Shown here piece by piece: positions 18,162-28,046 of a stretch of 64,000 nt of DNA. Source of the stretch: Candidatus Azotimanducaceae bacterium (GTDB taxonomy: Bacteria; Pseudomonadota; Gammaproteobacteria; Pseudomonadales; Azotimanducaceae); assembly GCA_965657335.1 (NCBI GenBank), contig CBFHOH010000015.1:6436-70435 (forward strand), in the 5' to 3' direction. Below the pieces are notes generated by a model, which made no database searches, was not told where the DNA came from, and worked only from the letters and a program-made list of their open reading frames with translations. The position numbers and the translations under genes are program-made. Positions within the stretch are counted from its first letter, which is position 1. The number at the start of each line of letters is the position of its first letter.

Positions 18162-18980
18162 ATGAAAAACTTGGTAGCAGTAGCGGCATTAGTGACAGTC
18201 TCGGGGTTGGCATCTGCGGGTCCCGTGACCATTACCGATGAATATTGGGGTGGCGATCGCCATAGCTACAGTGACGTCATCGGTGCGGCAGGAAAATTCG
18301 ATATCGTTAGTATGGAAGCAAATATCGATGTGCTGACAAAAATTATGACGGTTGATATCGCAACAAATTTTGGTGCTGCCAGCGGTGGATTAGGATCTTT
18401 TCCCCAGTACACTCAATCATCTTTGAGTAAAGTTTCTGGTATCGCCCAGGGCATTGGGTTTGGCGACTTGTTCCTGTCGTCAACTGGTTGGAATCCCAAT
18501 ACAACCGGCTCTATGTACGAAAATGACAATCACTCGACGGGCACTAAATGGGATTATGCTGTTTCTCTTCATGATCGCTGGAATGGTGCTGGTTCTGCCG
18601 CAACACTTTACAAGCTCAACGGTGCGACAAACGACGACAATGTTTACCTGAGTGATGATTTCCTGAGCGGAGGTACTTTTCGAAACGGCCAAGAAGTGGC
18701 TGTCGATATCACAAGCAATACGGTTCTCGCACTCGCTAACTCAGCGTCAATGAATGCGAGTAACAATGGTCATGTTGTTTTTACCCTTGATCTCGACGGT
18801 ACCGATCTCGAAAATATCGCGCATTACGGTATTCACTGGAATATGACCTGTGGAAACGACACGATTGAAGGGCAGTATAATCACGCGGTGCCAGAGCCTA
18901 GCTCACTATTTATTATGCTATTGGGGCTGGCCTGCATAGGTGGCGCTAGCTTTCAACGCAAAAAGACACAGACAACTTAA
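18162..18980 (+). CDS. PEP-CTERM sorting-domain secreted protein (exosortase substrate)
   Basis: Signal peptide MKNLVAVAALVTVSGLASA. The C-terminus VPEPSSLFIMLLGLACIGGASFQRKK has the PEP motif, a TM helix and a basic cluster. Confidence 0.85.
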   Translation: MKNLVAVAALVTVSGLASAGPVTITDEYWGGDRHSYSDVIGAAGKFDIVSMEANIDVLTKIMTVDIATNFGAASGGLGSFPQYTQSSLSKVSGIAQGIGFGDLFLSSTGWNPNTTGSMYENDNHSTGTKWDYAVSLHDRWNGAGSAATLYKLNGATNDDNVYLSDDFLSGGTFRNGQEVAVDITSNTVLALANSASMNASNNGHVVFTLDLDGTDLENIAHYGIHWNMTCGNDTIEGQYNHAVPEPSSLFIMLLGLACIGGASFQRKKTQTT

Positions 18981-19309
18981 CAGCTTGCTGTGTTTGCTTT
19001 TCGGAAAAGATCAAGCTTCAAGTTCAGGTAAATCTGCGCATTAGCGACTTCGCAGTCAAGCAGTCCGCGCGCTTTTCGATTCTTACCAGGTTGCGCTTAC
19101 AGGCCTGTATAGGTGATATGTTTTTGTTTGTAACGTGTTCGTCGACGTCAGCGATATTAACCATACGCGGGAAATTTAATGCGTTCTATCAAGTGAAGCG
19201 AGCTTCTCACTGCAGCGGAAGGAACAGCAATGTCAATTATCGCTCTGCACGATAAACACGGATTAACTAGCGATAACTAGCTTTTGAGGTGTGTGAGCTC
19301 TCAGCAAGG

Positions 19310-20098
19310 TTAGCGAGGCACGAGTCCTTCAACCTGCAATCGGTGAATTCTGCGCGGTTCATTATCCGCGTGGTCGTGCACGGCGAAATGTAAAACCGAT
19401 CGATTGTCCCACATGACAAGATCACCGTCTTGCCAGTGGTGGCGTGTTTGAAATTCAGGACGAACGCTATGCTCGAATAAAAATGAAAGTAGGGACTGAC
19501 TTTCTTTTGTGCTCCAACCGTGAAATTTGGTGGTGAAGGCTCGACAGACAAAGAGGGCTTTTTCACGAGTCTCGTCATGCTCTCGAACAACCGGATGGAC
19601 AGCGCTTGGTGCCTTTTCAGATGCCTGTTTATATTGCGTTGCTAGGTTGACCGCCGAGTGTTCCGCGCTAAGGTCGAGCAGCATAGACTTAAGACCTTCG
19701 GAAAGTGTGTTGAATGCTAACACTTGATTAGAAAAGGCCGTATCCCCGCCAATTGATGGTGTTTCTCGCGCGTAGAGCATCGTGAACTTCGGGGGCGCGC
19801 GGTTGTAAGTCATATCCGAATGCCAGTGCTGATTAATGTCTCTTTGCTTGCCAACATTACGCAATTCGATAATTTCGGGATAGTTTTCCATCCCAGCATA
19901 GGGATGTTTGACTAAATTCCCCCAGCGTTTGGCGAAGTCGATATGGTCGTTTTCAGTCAGATGCTGATCTGGCAATACAATGACCTTGTGATCAAGAAAA
20001 TGCTGGTTGATCTCCAGCCACTGACTTTCCGTCACAGCCCGAACGTCTATCCCTTCAATTCGGGCTCCAAGTGGTGCGGCTATTCGCGTTACTTTCAT
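19310..20098 (-). CDS. TauD/TfdA-family Fe(II)/2-oxoglutarate dioxygenase
   Basis: 262 aa. HWHSDMTY (HxD), GGDTAF and WDNRSVLHFAVHD are all typical of the TauD family. Confidence 0.8.
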   Translation of the reverse strand: MKVTRIAAPLGARIEGIDVRAVTESQWLEINQHFLDHKVIVLPDQHLTENDHIDFAKRWGNLVKHPYAGMENYPEIIELRNVGKQRDINQHWHSDMTYNRAPPKFTMLYARETPSIGGDTAFSNQVLAFNTLSEGLKSMLLDLSAEHSAVNLATQYKQASEKAPSAVHPVVREHDETREKALFVCRAFTTKFHGWSTKESQSLLSFLFEHSVRPEFQTRHHWQDGDLVMWDNRSVLHFAVHDHADNEPRRIHRLQVEGLVPR

Positions 20099-20307
20099 CT
20101 AGTTCGTCCTCTTTGCTCGGTGTTGGCAATACGTAATCGTATGAAAAGTGTGTTCTCGGGTGATCGTGATCTGCTAAAATTTACGACGGTTGGTTTTAAG
20201 TTACGAACCGATAGCGTCGGTTTAAGAGTAGTAGATGCGACGTTTTTATTTTTTATTCGCTGCAATTGAAGTTTAATATCTGCAATTCAGAAGGAGCCTT
20301 AATAAGT

Positions 20308-20634
20308 ATGTACGAAAGTTGGAAATCTTTAGGAGTGTTGCGAAACATGCTGCACCTCGTTGCTTTGCTTCTTATTCTTGTCTTGCCTTTTGCTGACCCT
20401 ATGTGGCATCCGGAAACAGTGTATGAATTATTCATGGGGGCGATAATTCCCGCCACTGCGCCTATTGTGTTTGTCGTCATAATGTTCGATGTCTTGATGT
20501 CTAGTGTGATGAAATCAGGCTATGAGTCTGATGAGACCCTATACTTCGGCCGCGTCATCAGGTGGCATTTAGCGGTTGGTTTTACACTTTTGGCGATGTG
20601 GTTGTTTTCGTTTACAGACGCTTTGTTTCTGTAG
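20308..20634 (+). CDS. Small hydrophobic membrane protein, unknown function
   Basis: Three hydrophobic segments. AAGGAG at 20291-20296 lies upstream of the ATG at 20308. No family was recognised. Confidence 0.4.
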   Translation: MYESWKSLGVLRNMLHLVALLLILVLPFADPMWHPETVYELFMGAIIPATAPIVFVVIMFDVLMSSVMKSGYESDETLYFGRVIRWHLAVGFTLLAMWLFSFTDALFL

Positions 20635-21175
20635 TTGTCCCGACGGCACCCAACAAGCCGTTTAGTGTTGCATCGCCGAGATTGATAGATCGAGCAATCT
20701 TAAGCGCCTCAGCTTTTGTCATACCCTGATGTTTAATTAGGAACGCGGCCCAAATTTGGCTGGCTCTTTTTGCACTTCGGCAATGCAGCAGAATTTTACC
20801 CTCGTGTTCGTCATAGGCCGCGATAAATTCATTCAGCGCACTAGTCGAGTAGCCTTTTTTCCCGTTCAGAGGTATGTGAACGTAGTCCAGCCCGAGTGAA
20901 TTGGCAAGCTCGGCCTCATCAAAGGGCACCTGTTCTTTATCTATCATCTCTGCTGTGGTTCTAAGGTTGACTACAGCTGTAACGTTTTGCTGTCTAAGTT
21001 GTCTGATAGCCGCTTCGCTAGGTTGACCCGCGATGTAGCTGTCGCCGCTCTTAAAATAGTACTTTTGGTATTCGATCGGGGGCAAAGCTTGCGGGCTACT
21101 ATGTTGTGTCTCGGCAGCAGCAGCTGTTGTTAATAAAGCACAAATAGCAAACATACAGAAAACAAAATCTCTCAT
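20612..21175 (-). CDS. Secreted PTP-fold phosphatase-like protein (DUF442/TIGR01244-like)
   Basis: Signal peptide MRDFVFCMFAICALLTTAAA. Its HCRSAKRAS active-site-like loop compares with the HCxxGxRS of the DUF442 family. Confidence 0.55.
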   Translation of the reverse strand: MRDFVFCMFAICALLTTAAAAETQHSSPQALPPIEYQKYYFKSGDSYIAGQPSEAAIRQLRQQNVTAVVNLRTTAEMIDKEQVPFDEAELANSLGLDYVHIPLNGKKGYSTSALNEFIAAYDEHEGKILLHCRSAKRASQIWAAFLIKHQGMTKAEALKIARSINLGDATLNGLLGAVGTTTETKRL

Positions 21176-21295
21176 TGTGTAACGCTCGCAATGGTAATGG
21201 TGGGAGACATTTTAGTATGAAAAAGCACAGTGTTGCCAAGCCAAAAAATCGTTGTTAAATTGAATTTGCGATTATTAGCCCGGGAGACGCCAGCG

Positions 21296-21784
21296 ATGGA
21301 GGTGCTTGATCACGAGCAGATTAAACAAGCGTTTTTACACGAAAAACGCCCCCCCATTGTGCCAAATTTGGCCAAAGTGGACTGGGGTGTGCTTGATTAT
21401 TTTGGCTGGATTCATCCGGCAGGCCATCAGGGTTATATTGTTGTGCCACTTGCGAACGATGAAATACGCGGGCTAGTGCTCAGGCGCTCAATGGCGAGTG
21501 TGCGTAAACCGAGGTTTGAAATGTGTTCCTGGTGTAATCATGTTCACAACTCAAGTGGAACGGCCATGTTCAGCACGATCGTCAGAGGGTCAGATGAGAG
21601 AAAAACAGTGGGCAATCTCATGTGCAGAAATCTGGATTGCAGCCTGAGGATTCGAAATTTGAGCTCGGATCCGCCAAGTTATATGGGTGAGACAATAGAT
21701 TTGGGCAACAAGGTTTCCAGGCTGCAAAACGCATTGTATCGATTTCTACATCGATCGAACTCACTATACGCGACCGAATCCTAA
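21296..21784 (+). CDS. FBP-type (treble-clef zinc-finger C-terminal) domain protein
   Basis: CSWCNHVH...GTAMFS...CRNLDCSLRIRN resembles the FBP C-terminal zinc-finger pattern. The start is uncertain (GTG at 21230 or ATG at 21296). Confidence 0.45.
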   Translation: MEVLDHEQIKQAFLHEKRPPIVPNLAKVDWGVLDYFGWIHPAGHQGYIVVPLANDEIRGLVLRRSMASVRKPRFEMCSWCNHVHNSSGTAMFSTIVRGSDERKTVGNLMCRNLDCSLRIRNLSSDPPSYMGETIDLGNKVSRLQNALYRFLHRSNSLYATES

Positions 21785-21799
21785 GGCCATTCCTGCATG

Positions 21800-22192
21800 T
21801 TAGTGTCTGGTTTTTATCTCTTTCAGAAACAAATCGATTCTTGACTGCCAGGCCTGGTCATAGGCTTCATTCCAGTCTGATTCCAGAGATTCGGCAATCA
21901 CTTCCTTTAGCGCAGCGAGCAAATTACCGTACATTTCTGGCGTCACGCTGTAGGCAAGTCGGTGGTTTTTCACCTCGAAATTCAGATAGCTTTCTTCATC
22001 ACGGAAGTCCGTATTCATCATCAGGCGGTAAACCTCGTCAAGCATGCGTCCTCTGACAATATCATCAATATGAGCCATTAACGCCTCTGAACCGGGACAC
22101 CTCGCAAAATAATTTTTGTATACCGCGGGGGATATATCACCTGCTTTCTCAGCAACGATTTCAAATGATGCATAAACCAGATCTTCAGCCAT
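21800..22192 (-). CDS. Globin-like small protein (tentative)
   Basis: 130 aa, all-helical. YKNYFARCPGSEALM and NHRLAYSVTPEMYGNLLAAL...AWQSRIDLF resemble the globin-coupled or protoglobin pattern. The call rests on pattern recognition only. Confidence 0.4.
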   Translation of the reverse strand: MAEDLVYASFEIVAEKAGDISPAVYKNYFARCPGSEALMAHIDDIVRGRMLDEVYRLMMNTDFRDEESYLNFEVKNHRLAYSVTPEMYGNLLAALKEVIAESLESDWNEAYDQAWQSRIDLFLKEIKTRH

Positions 22193-22318
22193 CGGAACCT
22201 CTCTCTGTTGTGATTGCCAAGTATACGTTTGTCGGTAGCGGCTGCCTCATCAAATTTTGCGCGGAAATTGATCCCGCGCAAGGAAATTGGACAAAGTTTT
22301 CAGCAAAAAGCTCTCCAA

Positions 22319-23641
22319 CTACGCGACTGTCATGGATTGCGCGGTTTCCAGATCTTTCTTCAAATGTTTTGAGGCAAAGAAATAGTTGATGAAAGACACG
22401 AAGTAGACACAGGTACATATCATTAAGGCAATGCGGAGCGATTCAACATCGGTCATACCCAAAGTGTTCTGGAACACGTCACTTAGTATTCCGACAGTCG
22501 TTGGCCCAAATACGAGGCCAATGATGTTGATGATAAAGAGTAGCAGGGCAGAGGCTGCTGCGCGCATCGCCAGCGGTGCTAGCGATTGCGTCATGCCGAA
22601 GGTCGGACCTGTGTACAAATTCGAAAGCAGTGCTGGCATCACGTAGAGCGCAAGCGCGATATACAAACTATCAAAAAGGTAAACTGCGATAGAGAAGGGC
22701 GCAGCGATGAGAAATCCGTATGCCGGAATCCACATGTAATACCGTACATCTTTTGCGCCGAAGCGATCAGCAAGGACACCACCGAAAAATGTGCCGATAC
22801 CGCCTGCGATGCCAATGATCAATCCAAGCGCCGTGCCGACTTCACCTGTTGTCATTCCGTGAGTACGTATGAGAAAAGAAGGCATCCAAGCGATGGCACC
22901 ATAGCCGACGAATGCCTGAGTCGCAGCACCCAGAGAAAGATGCCGAAACGATTTGAAGCTCCACATGGTCTTGAGCACAGTGGTAAAAGGAATCTGTTCA
23001 ACAGTGGGTTTACGTCCCTCTGAATAACCGCGAGGAGGTTCTTTCACCGTTAATTTTAATAAAACTGCAAGCGCAATACCCGGAATGCCAACAACGAGAA
23101 ATGCATTCCTCCAGCCAAAATATTGATCTATCCACCCGCCAGCGAGGTTGCCGAACAATATGCCCACAGGAATTCCCAGTGCATAAACTCCAAGTGCGCT
23201 GGCGCGAGCGTCGGTTGGAAAGTAGTCCGCGATCAGTGAATGTGACGGTGGACTGCCCCCCGCTTCGCCGACGCCAACACCAATTCGTGCAATCAATAAC
23301 TGTACGAAGTTTGTCGCCTGGCCAGACAAAGCCGTCATGGCACTCCAAATCGCTAGGCAAACAGAAATGATGGTGACTCGAGAGTGTTTGTCTGCAAGCC
23401 GTGCAATGGGAATGCCCAGCGTTGCGTAAAATATACCGAACGCAACGCCGCTTAGTGCGCCAATTTGCGTGTCAGATAAATCGAGATCTGTCTTTATTGA
23501 TTGCGCGAGAATGGCAAGAATCTGTCTGTCGACGAAATTAAATACATAGACCACCGTCAAAACGCCGAGCACATATCTGGTATACCCTTTGGTAAAAAGT
23601 GGTTGCTGAGTGGGTATCGTTTGTTTTGACTGCTCGGTCAT
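22319..23641 (-). CDS. MFS transporter
   Basis: 440 aa with about 12 TM segments. VDRQILAILAQSIKTDLDLSDTQIGALSG and IARLADKHSRV are typical MFS N-terminal motifs. Confidence 0.85.
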   Translation of the reverse strand: MTEQSKQTIPTQQPLFTKGYTRYVLGVLTVVYVFNFVDRQILAILAQSIKTDLDLSDTQIGALSGVAFGIFYATLGIPIARLADKHSRVTIISVCLAIWSAMTALSGQATNFVQLLIARIGVGVGEAGGSPPSHSLIADYFPTDARASALGVYALGIPVGILFGNLAGGWIDQYFGWRNAFLVVGIPGIALAVLLKLTVKEPPRGYSEGRKPTVEQIPFTTVLKTMWSFKSFRHLSLGAATQAFVGYGAIAWMPSFLIRTHGMTTGEVGTALGLIIGIAGGIGTFFGGVLADRFGAKDVRYYMWIPAYGFLIAAPFSIAVYLFDSLYIALALYVMPALLSNLYTGPTFGMTQSLAPLAMRAAASALLLFIINIIGLVFGPTTVGILSDVFQNTLGMTDVESLRIALMICTCVYFVSFINYFFASKHLKKDLETAQSMTVA

Positions 23642-23744
23642 GAGTTCTCCGTTGGGTTTTAATTTGCTGCACAGGTCGTCGCTGCAATGCTAGCTTGCAG
23701 CGATAGTCGTAGCTTCGTGCTGGGGCTGTTTTGGCGCGCTCTAT

Positions 23745-24401
23745 TCAGGTGACAACCTTGATGAAGGTTGACTGGGGTTCTCGCTCGGAGATAAGTCTAT
23801 TGACGGGTGCCTCGGTGTCTTCATAACCGATTGCCATGCCGCAAAATATGCCCAGCTCGGGCGGTGCCCCAACAAACTCTGCAACCGTTTGTGGTCGGGT
23901 AGCCCAAATTTCCTGAGCACAGGTTGCTAACCCGGCTTCGGTCGCCAACAACATAAACGTTTGTAGAAACATGCCAAGGTCAGACCATTGCGGCTTGCCC
24001 ATTTGATGATCAACAAAGCAAAAGAATGCGCTGGGCGCGCCGAAAAATTGATAGTTCTCCATCAATCGTCTTATTCGTCCGCCGCGATCTTCTCTGGGAA
24101 TGCCGAGGAGTGCGTACATGTCCTCGCCAACTTTGAAGCGTGAGCTTCGATAAGGTTCAGATAATGGTGCGGGATAAACATCGTAAGCAGGATCTTCCTG
24201 TTCGGTTCGGCTTTCAAGGAACGTTTGAAAACGATTAAAAGACTCATCGTTAATCAGGAAAATGCGCCAGGGTTGCAGGTTTCCGCCGGAAGGTGCGCGA
24301 GCCGCCTTTTCTAGCAGGGAAAGAATCAGGCTCGTTTCGACCGGCTGGTCAGTAAAGGCTCTGACCGATTTTCGGCTGGAGACCGCGTCACTTACATTCA
24401 T
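23745..24401 (-). CDS. Nitroreductase-family protein
   Basis: SRKSVRAFTDQPV and PSGGNLQPW motifs. The Met at 24401 is preceded by AGGAAA. Confidence 0.8.
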   Translation of the reverse strand: MNVSDAVSSRKSVRAFTDQPVETSLILSLLEKAARAPSGGNLQPWRIFLINDESFNRFQTFLESRTEQEDPAYDVYPAPLSEPYRSSRFKVGEDMYALLGIPREDRGGRIRRLMENYQFFGAPSAFFCFVDHQMGKPQWSDLGMFLQTFMLLATEAGLATCAQEIWATRPQTVAEFVGAPPELGIFCGMAIGYEDTEAPVNRLISEREPQSTFIKVVT

Positions 24402-24829
24402 CGATATTTTCCTGTGTATCACTGTTGGGTAATTTGTGAATTAAGTCACGATGACTCAACCGGGTCAATGCCCTAGCTCAGAACTAACGGGTGATGATGA
24501 TTTTTCGTCTGATGATGTGTGCCGGTGCGTATTTTGTGAAACCATGCTTGATGAGAACGGTCGATTAACCCGTCTGAGAAAACCGCATATGGGGGGCTTA
24601 TTCGTCTCGAGTTAAATGGCTCGGTTGGTTAGGATTGATGTCCTTGCTTGGTATCGTCGCGAAGAGCTCGCTGCGGCTAATCCGTTGTGCTGACCGCGCT
24701 AACTGTCCTCTCCGGTGTTGCATCCGGAAGCGCTTAGCCGCACCATGTGCAAGTTGACACGATCATTAACAACTCGAACTTACCCTCGTTCAATATATCT
24801 TGAAAGCAGCGAGTACACAGGAGAACAAT

Positions 24830-25873
24830 ATGAAGACTTCAATTTCCATCGGCAGTGCTTACTACAACGGCGAAGATTGGGATGATCTCGTTGAATATAC
24901 CGTCGAGGCTGAAAAGGCTGGAGTAGATTCTGCGTGGTCCGCTGAAGCATGGGGTATGGATGCGATTGTTCCATTAGCTTTTATCGCCGCAAAAACAAAG
25001 AAGATTAAATTGGGTACGGGGATTATGCAGATTTCCTCTCGCGTCCCGTCGATGATTGCGATGACTGCTCAAAGTTTAGATACGGTCTCACATGGGCGCT
25101 TCCTTTTAGGCTTGGGCGTGAGTGGGCCTCAGGTAGTCGAAGGATTGCATGGCGCAAATTTTGCGCAACCTCTGAGCAGGCTGAAAGAGTGCATCGCGGT
25201 AATAAAAAAGGGGTTGAAAGGCGACCGGGTTGAGTACGATGGAAAACATTATCTGTTACCGAGACCGGGAGGTGAGGGTAAACCCATCCGCTTATCTCAA
25301 CCGCCAAGACCCAACTTGCCACTATACCTCGCGACGCTCGGGCCGAAGTCTTTGGAGCTGACTGGAGAAGTTGCTAATGGTTGGTTAGGCACTTCTTTCA
25401 TTCCCGAGCATGCAGACATTTTTCTTGAACCGATGGCGAAAGGAGCAGCAAAGAGCGGTCGCACACTGGCAGATATTGATATACAAATCGGTGCCAGTTT
25501 CGAGTTGGGTGATCATGTTGAGGAGATGATAGAAGCGAGGCGACCAGCCCTCGCGTTTACGCTTGGTGCGATGGGCTCGGCGCAGACAAACTTCTATAAC
25601 GATGCATTTAAGCGTGCGGGTTATGAAGAGGCCGCCATTGAAGTGCAGAAGCTCTGGGTGGAAGGCAATAAACCTGAAGCGATAAAGCGCGTGCCTGATG
25701 AGATGGTACTCAAAACAAATCTCATCGGCACAAAGGAAATGATTCGCGAAAGGTTGAATGTGTATAAGAGTGTCGGAGTATCGACCCTCAGTCTGCGCAC
25801 CGGCGGAAATTCATGGAAAGAAAAGCTCGACGCTTTGTGTGAGGCGGTTGATTTCGTGAAGGGAGAAGACTGA
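24830..25873 (+). CDS. Luciferase-like (LLM class) flavin/F420-dependent oxidoreductase
   Basis: The length and the motifs AEKAGVDSAWSAEAWG and FLLGLGVSGPQVVEGLHG fit the LLM class. AGGAGA precedes the ATG at 24830. Confidence 0.8.
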   Translation: MKTSISIGSAYYNGEDWDDLVEYTVEAEKAGVDSAWSAEAWGMDAIVPLAFIAAKTKKIKLGTGIMQISSRVPSMIAMTAQSLDTVSHGRFLLGLGVSGPQVVEGLHGANFAQPLSRLKECIAVIKKGLKGDRVEYDGKHYLLPRPGGEGKPIRLSQPPRPNLPLYLATLGPKSLELTGEVANGWLGTSFIPEHADIFLEPMAKGAAKSGRTLADIDIQIGASFELGDHVEEMIEARRPALAFTLGAMGSAQTNFYNDAFKRAGYEEAAIEVQKLWVEGNKPEAIKRVPDEMVLKTNLIGTKEMIRERLNVYKSVGVSTLSLRTGGNSWKEKLDALCEAVDFVKGED

Positions 25874-25888
25874 TTGCTATCGTGAGGG

Positions 25889-26695
25889 GTGTTTAAGGTG
25901 TGGATTCGTGCTTCGACAGAATTTCAATTCGAAGTTAAATCGCCGACGCCGTTAATTTTTATGCTGCGACCGCGAAGCGGTGCTCAGCAATGGGTCGCCA
26001 GTGAGTCTTATACACTCACGCCGAATGTGCCTGTTGTCGAGGTTACGGATAAATACGGTAATCTTTGCCAGCGTATTGTGGCACCAACAGGTGACTTCGG
26101 CATTAGTACTGTGGCCTTGGTCGAGACGGCAGACGAATACGATCAAAACCGTGAGGCTCGTTTCATTGATATACCGAGACTGCCCGAGTCTGTACTTGAA
26201 TACCTTCTCCCTAGTCGTTATTGCGAGTCAGATCGATTCGGAAAAATGACGCTGGACCTCGTAAAGCACGTTGAACCGGGGTATCAACAGGTTGAATGTG
26301 TCGTTAATTGGGTAAAGGAAAATATCAGGTTCAAACCACTGAGTAGCACCTATCCTGTCTCGGCAACAGAAGTGAATAAGCGACGCGAGGGTGTGTGCCG
26401 CGACCTGGCGCAGATATCAATGGCGATGTGCCGAAGTATCTGTATTCCAACCCGCTTGGTCGTCGGGTATTTGCATGGATTGGAACCGATGGATATTCAT
26501 GCTTGGTTCGAAGCATATATCGGCGATCGTTGGTATGTGTTTGATCCAACACAAAACGACCTTAAAGGGGGGCGAATTGCCATTGCCTATGGTAGAGATG
26601 CTGCTGACGTTGCAATCTATAATCAATATGGTCCGCTTTTGTTACCAAAAAAAATGCTTGTCTCAGTGGAAGCTACCGAGGGCGTCTTTAGCTAA
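25889..26695 (+). CDS. Transglutaminase-like cysteine peptidase-fold protein
   Basis: Cys-His-Asp core GVCRDLAQ...HAWFEAYIGDRWYVFDPT, with a Bact_transglu_N-like N-terminal half. Confidence 0.85.
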   Translation: MFKVWIRASTEFQFEVKSPTPLIFMLRPRSGAQQWVASESYTLTPNVPVVEVTDKYGNLCQRIVAPTGDFGISTVALVETADEYDQNREARFIDIPRLPESVLEYLLPSRYCESDRFGKMTLDLVKHVEPGYQQVECVVNWVKENIRFKPLSSTYPVSATEVNKRREGVCRDLAQISMAMCRSICIPTRLVVGYLHGLEPMDIHAWFEAYIGDRWYVFDPTQNDLKGGRIAIAYGRDAADVAIYNQYGPLLLPKKMLVSVEATEGVFS

Positions 26696-27791
26696 ACCTT
26701 GCATCGCGTATGATGTCATGCACGTAGTGCAATTTTTCGATAACCGGACGAGACAGCACAAACGGGTACAGATCACGTTGGCCGCTGCTTCTGTTAATAC
26801 TATTGAGAGCATAAGTGAGCGGTAACCATTTCTCTAGCAGTTCGTCGAAAGAGGTTGCCCAGTAGCTATCGATGGGGGAGAAGGATTGACCTGACTGGTT
26901 GTTTGCAATGATGACGCCGTGATCGGTTGCCGTCTCCAAAGAATCAACAATGTTTAGATAGTGCGCCCAAGTTTCAGCCCAATCCTCCCAAGAATGAGAG
27001 CTGGCGTAGGCTGTCACATGTTTTTCACGCCAGTCTGGGGTTGCACCAACTTGATAATAGTTAGCCATCGCTTTGTCGTAGTTTTCGCGCTCGTCTCCGA
27101 ATAGTGCTCGGTATCCTTCTAGCTTGTCTGTCTCTGCAATTAAGTGCTCCCAGTAGTAATGACCACTTTCATGCCTAAAGTGACCCAGCACAGAACGGTA
27201 AACTTCGTTCATATTAAGTCTGCGTTTTTCCCTTTCGGCATCGTCAGCCTCCGCTAAATTTAGGGTGATTAGGCCTGCGGAGTGCCCTGTCATCACTCTT
27301 TGAGTTTCCTGAAAGTCATCTTTGAGATCTTTCAGGAAATCAAAGGCAAGTCCGTGTCTTTGATCTACGCCTTTGCCGACAACTGGCAAACCGAGTCTTA
27401 AAAGGCTGTAAAGTAGCCTACGTTTGCCCTGTTCAAGTTTAATCCAAAGGGGGATGTTCTCGCTGACAGAGAGGTCAGGAATGATGTTATTGAGCGTGCA
27501 GGATCGACAGTAGATATCGGAACTTGTGGCAGGAATCAGCCAGTTGCACGCGTGCCAATCGGTCGTGTTTTTACATTTTTTGAATGTGAGGCCTCTCGGG
27601 TGCCCGTCCACTGGTTGCCATAGCGCCTCCTCGTTCTTATCAAGCGTGGCAAGATTATGGTCTTCGGGTATGTACCCTAGGTCATGCTGACAACGAACGC
27701 AGGACAGATTCTCAAAAAAAGTGAGTTGGTCGCAGACCTGGCATTTAAAAGACTTCATTTGTGGGTTTGTACTTTGGACATCGAGCGTCAT
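26688..27791 (-). CDS. Zinc-ribbon plus HExxH putative zinc metallopeptidase
   Basis: N-terminal CxxC...CxxC (FKCQVCDQ...CVRCQH) and HESGHYYWEH (HExxH). It overlaps the end of the convergent transglutaminase gene by 8 nt. Confidence 0.7.
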   Translation of the reverse strand: MTLDVQSTNPQMKSFKCQVCDQLTFFENLSCVRCQHDLGYIPEDHNLATLDKNEEALWQPVDGHPRGLTFKKCKNTTDWHACNWLIPATSSDIYCRSCTLNNIIPDLSVSENIPLWIKLEQGKRRLLYSLLRLGLPVVGKGVDQRHGLAFDFLKDLKDDFQETQRVMTGHSAGLITLNLAEADDAEREKRRLNMNEVYRSVLGHFRHESGHYYWEHLIAETDKLEGYRALFGDERENYDKAMANYYQVGATPDWREKHVTAYASSHSWEDWAETWAHYLNIVDSLETATDHGVIIANNQSGQSFSPIDSYWATSFDELLEKWLPLTYALNSINRSSGQRDLYPFVLSRPVIEKLHYVHDIIRDARFS

Positions 27792-28046
27792 GGTAGCTGC
27801 AATGCTAGGTGTAAAACAAGAAAATCTGTGAGACTGATGGCGTGGAATAGGCTACTATTTTGACGCCAAACTGAAACCTGTAAAAAGACCTAAGTTGCTG
27901 TTTTTTAATCCTTTAAGCGGAAATGTTCTTCAACGTCGACATATGGTTTTTTACATTGATTTAACGCTGCAGGAATTCACGCACGTGCGACGCACCACAC
28001 CCTTTGTAACTTGCTTGAATTAGCTTGTCAGCGCTACCCACATCTT

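Noticed and set aside
24451-24615. 54-aa plus-strand ORF with four Cys (QCPSS...VCRCVFCE), a possible small zinc-ribbon protein
   Set aside because: It has no convincing SD, and its Cys spacing does not match the paired-CxxC zinc-ribbon pattern. Its length is too short to support a call without conservation data.
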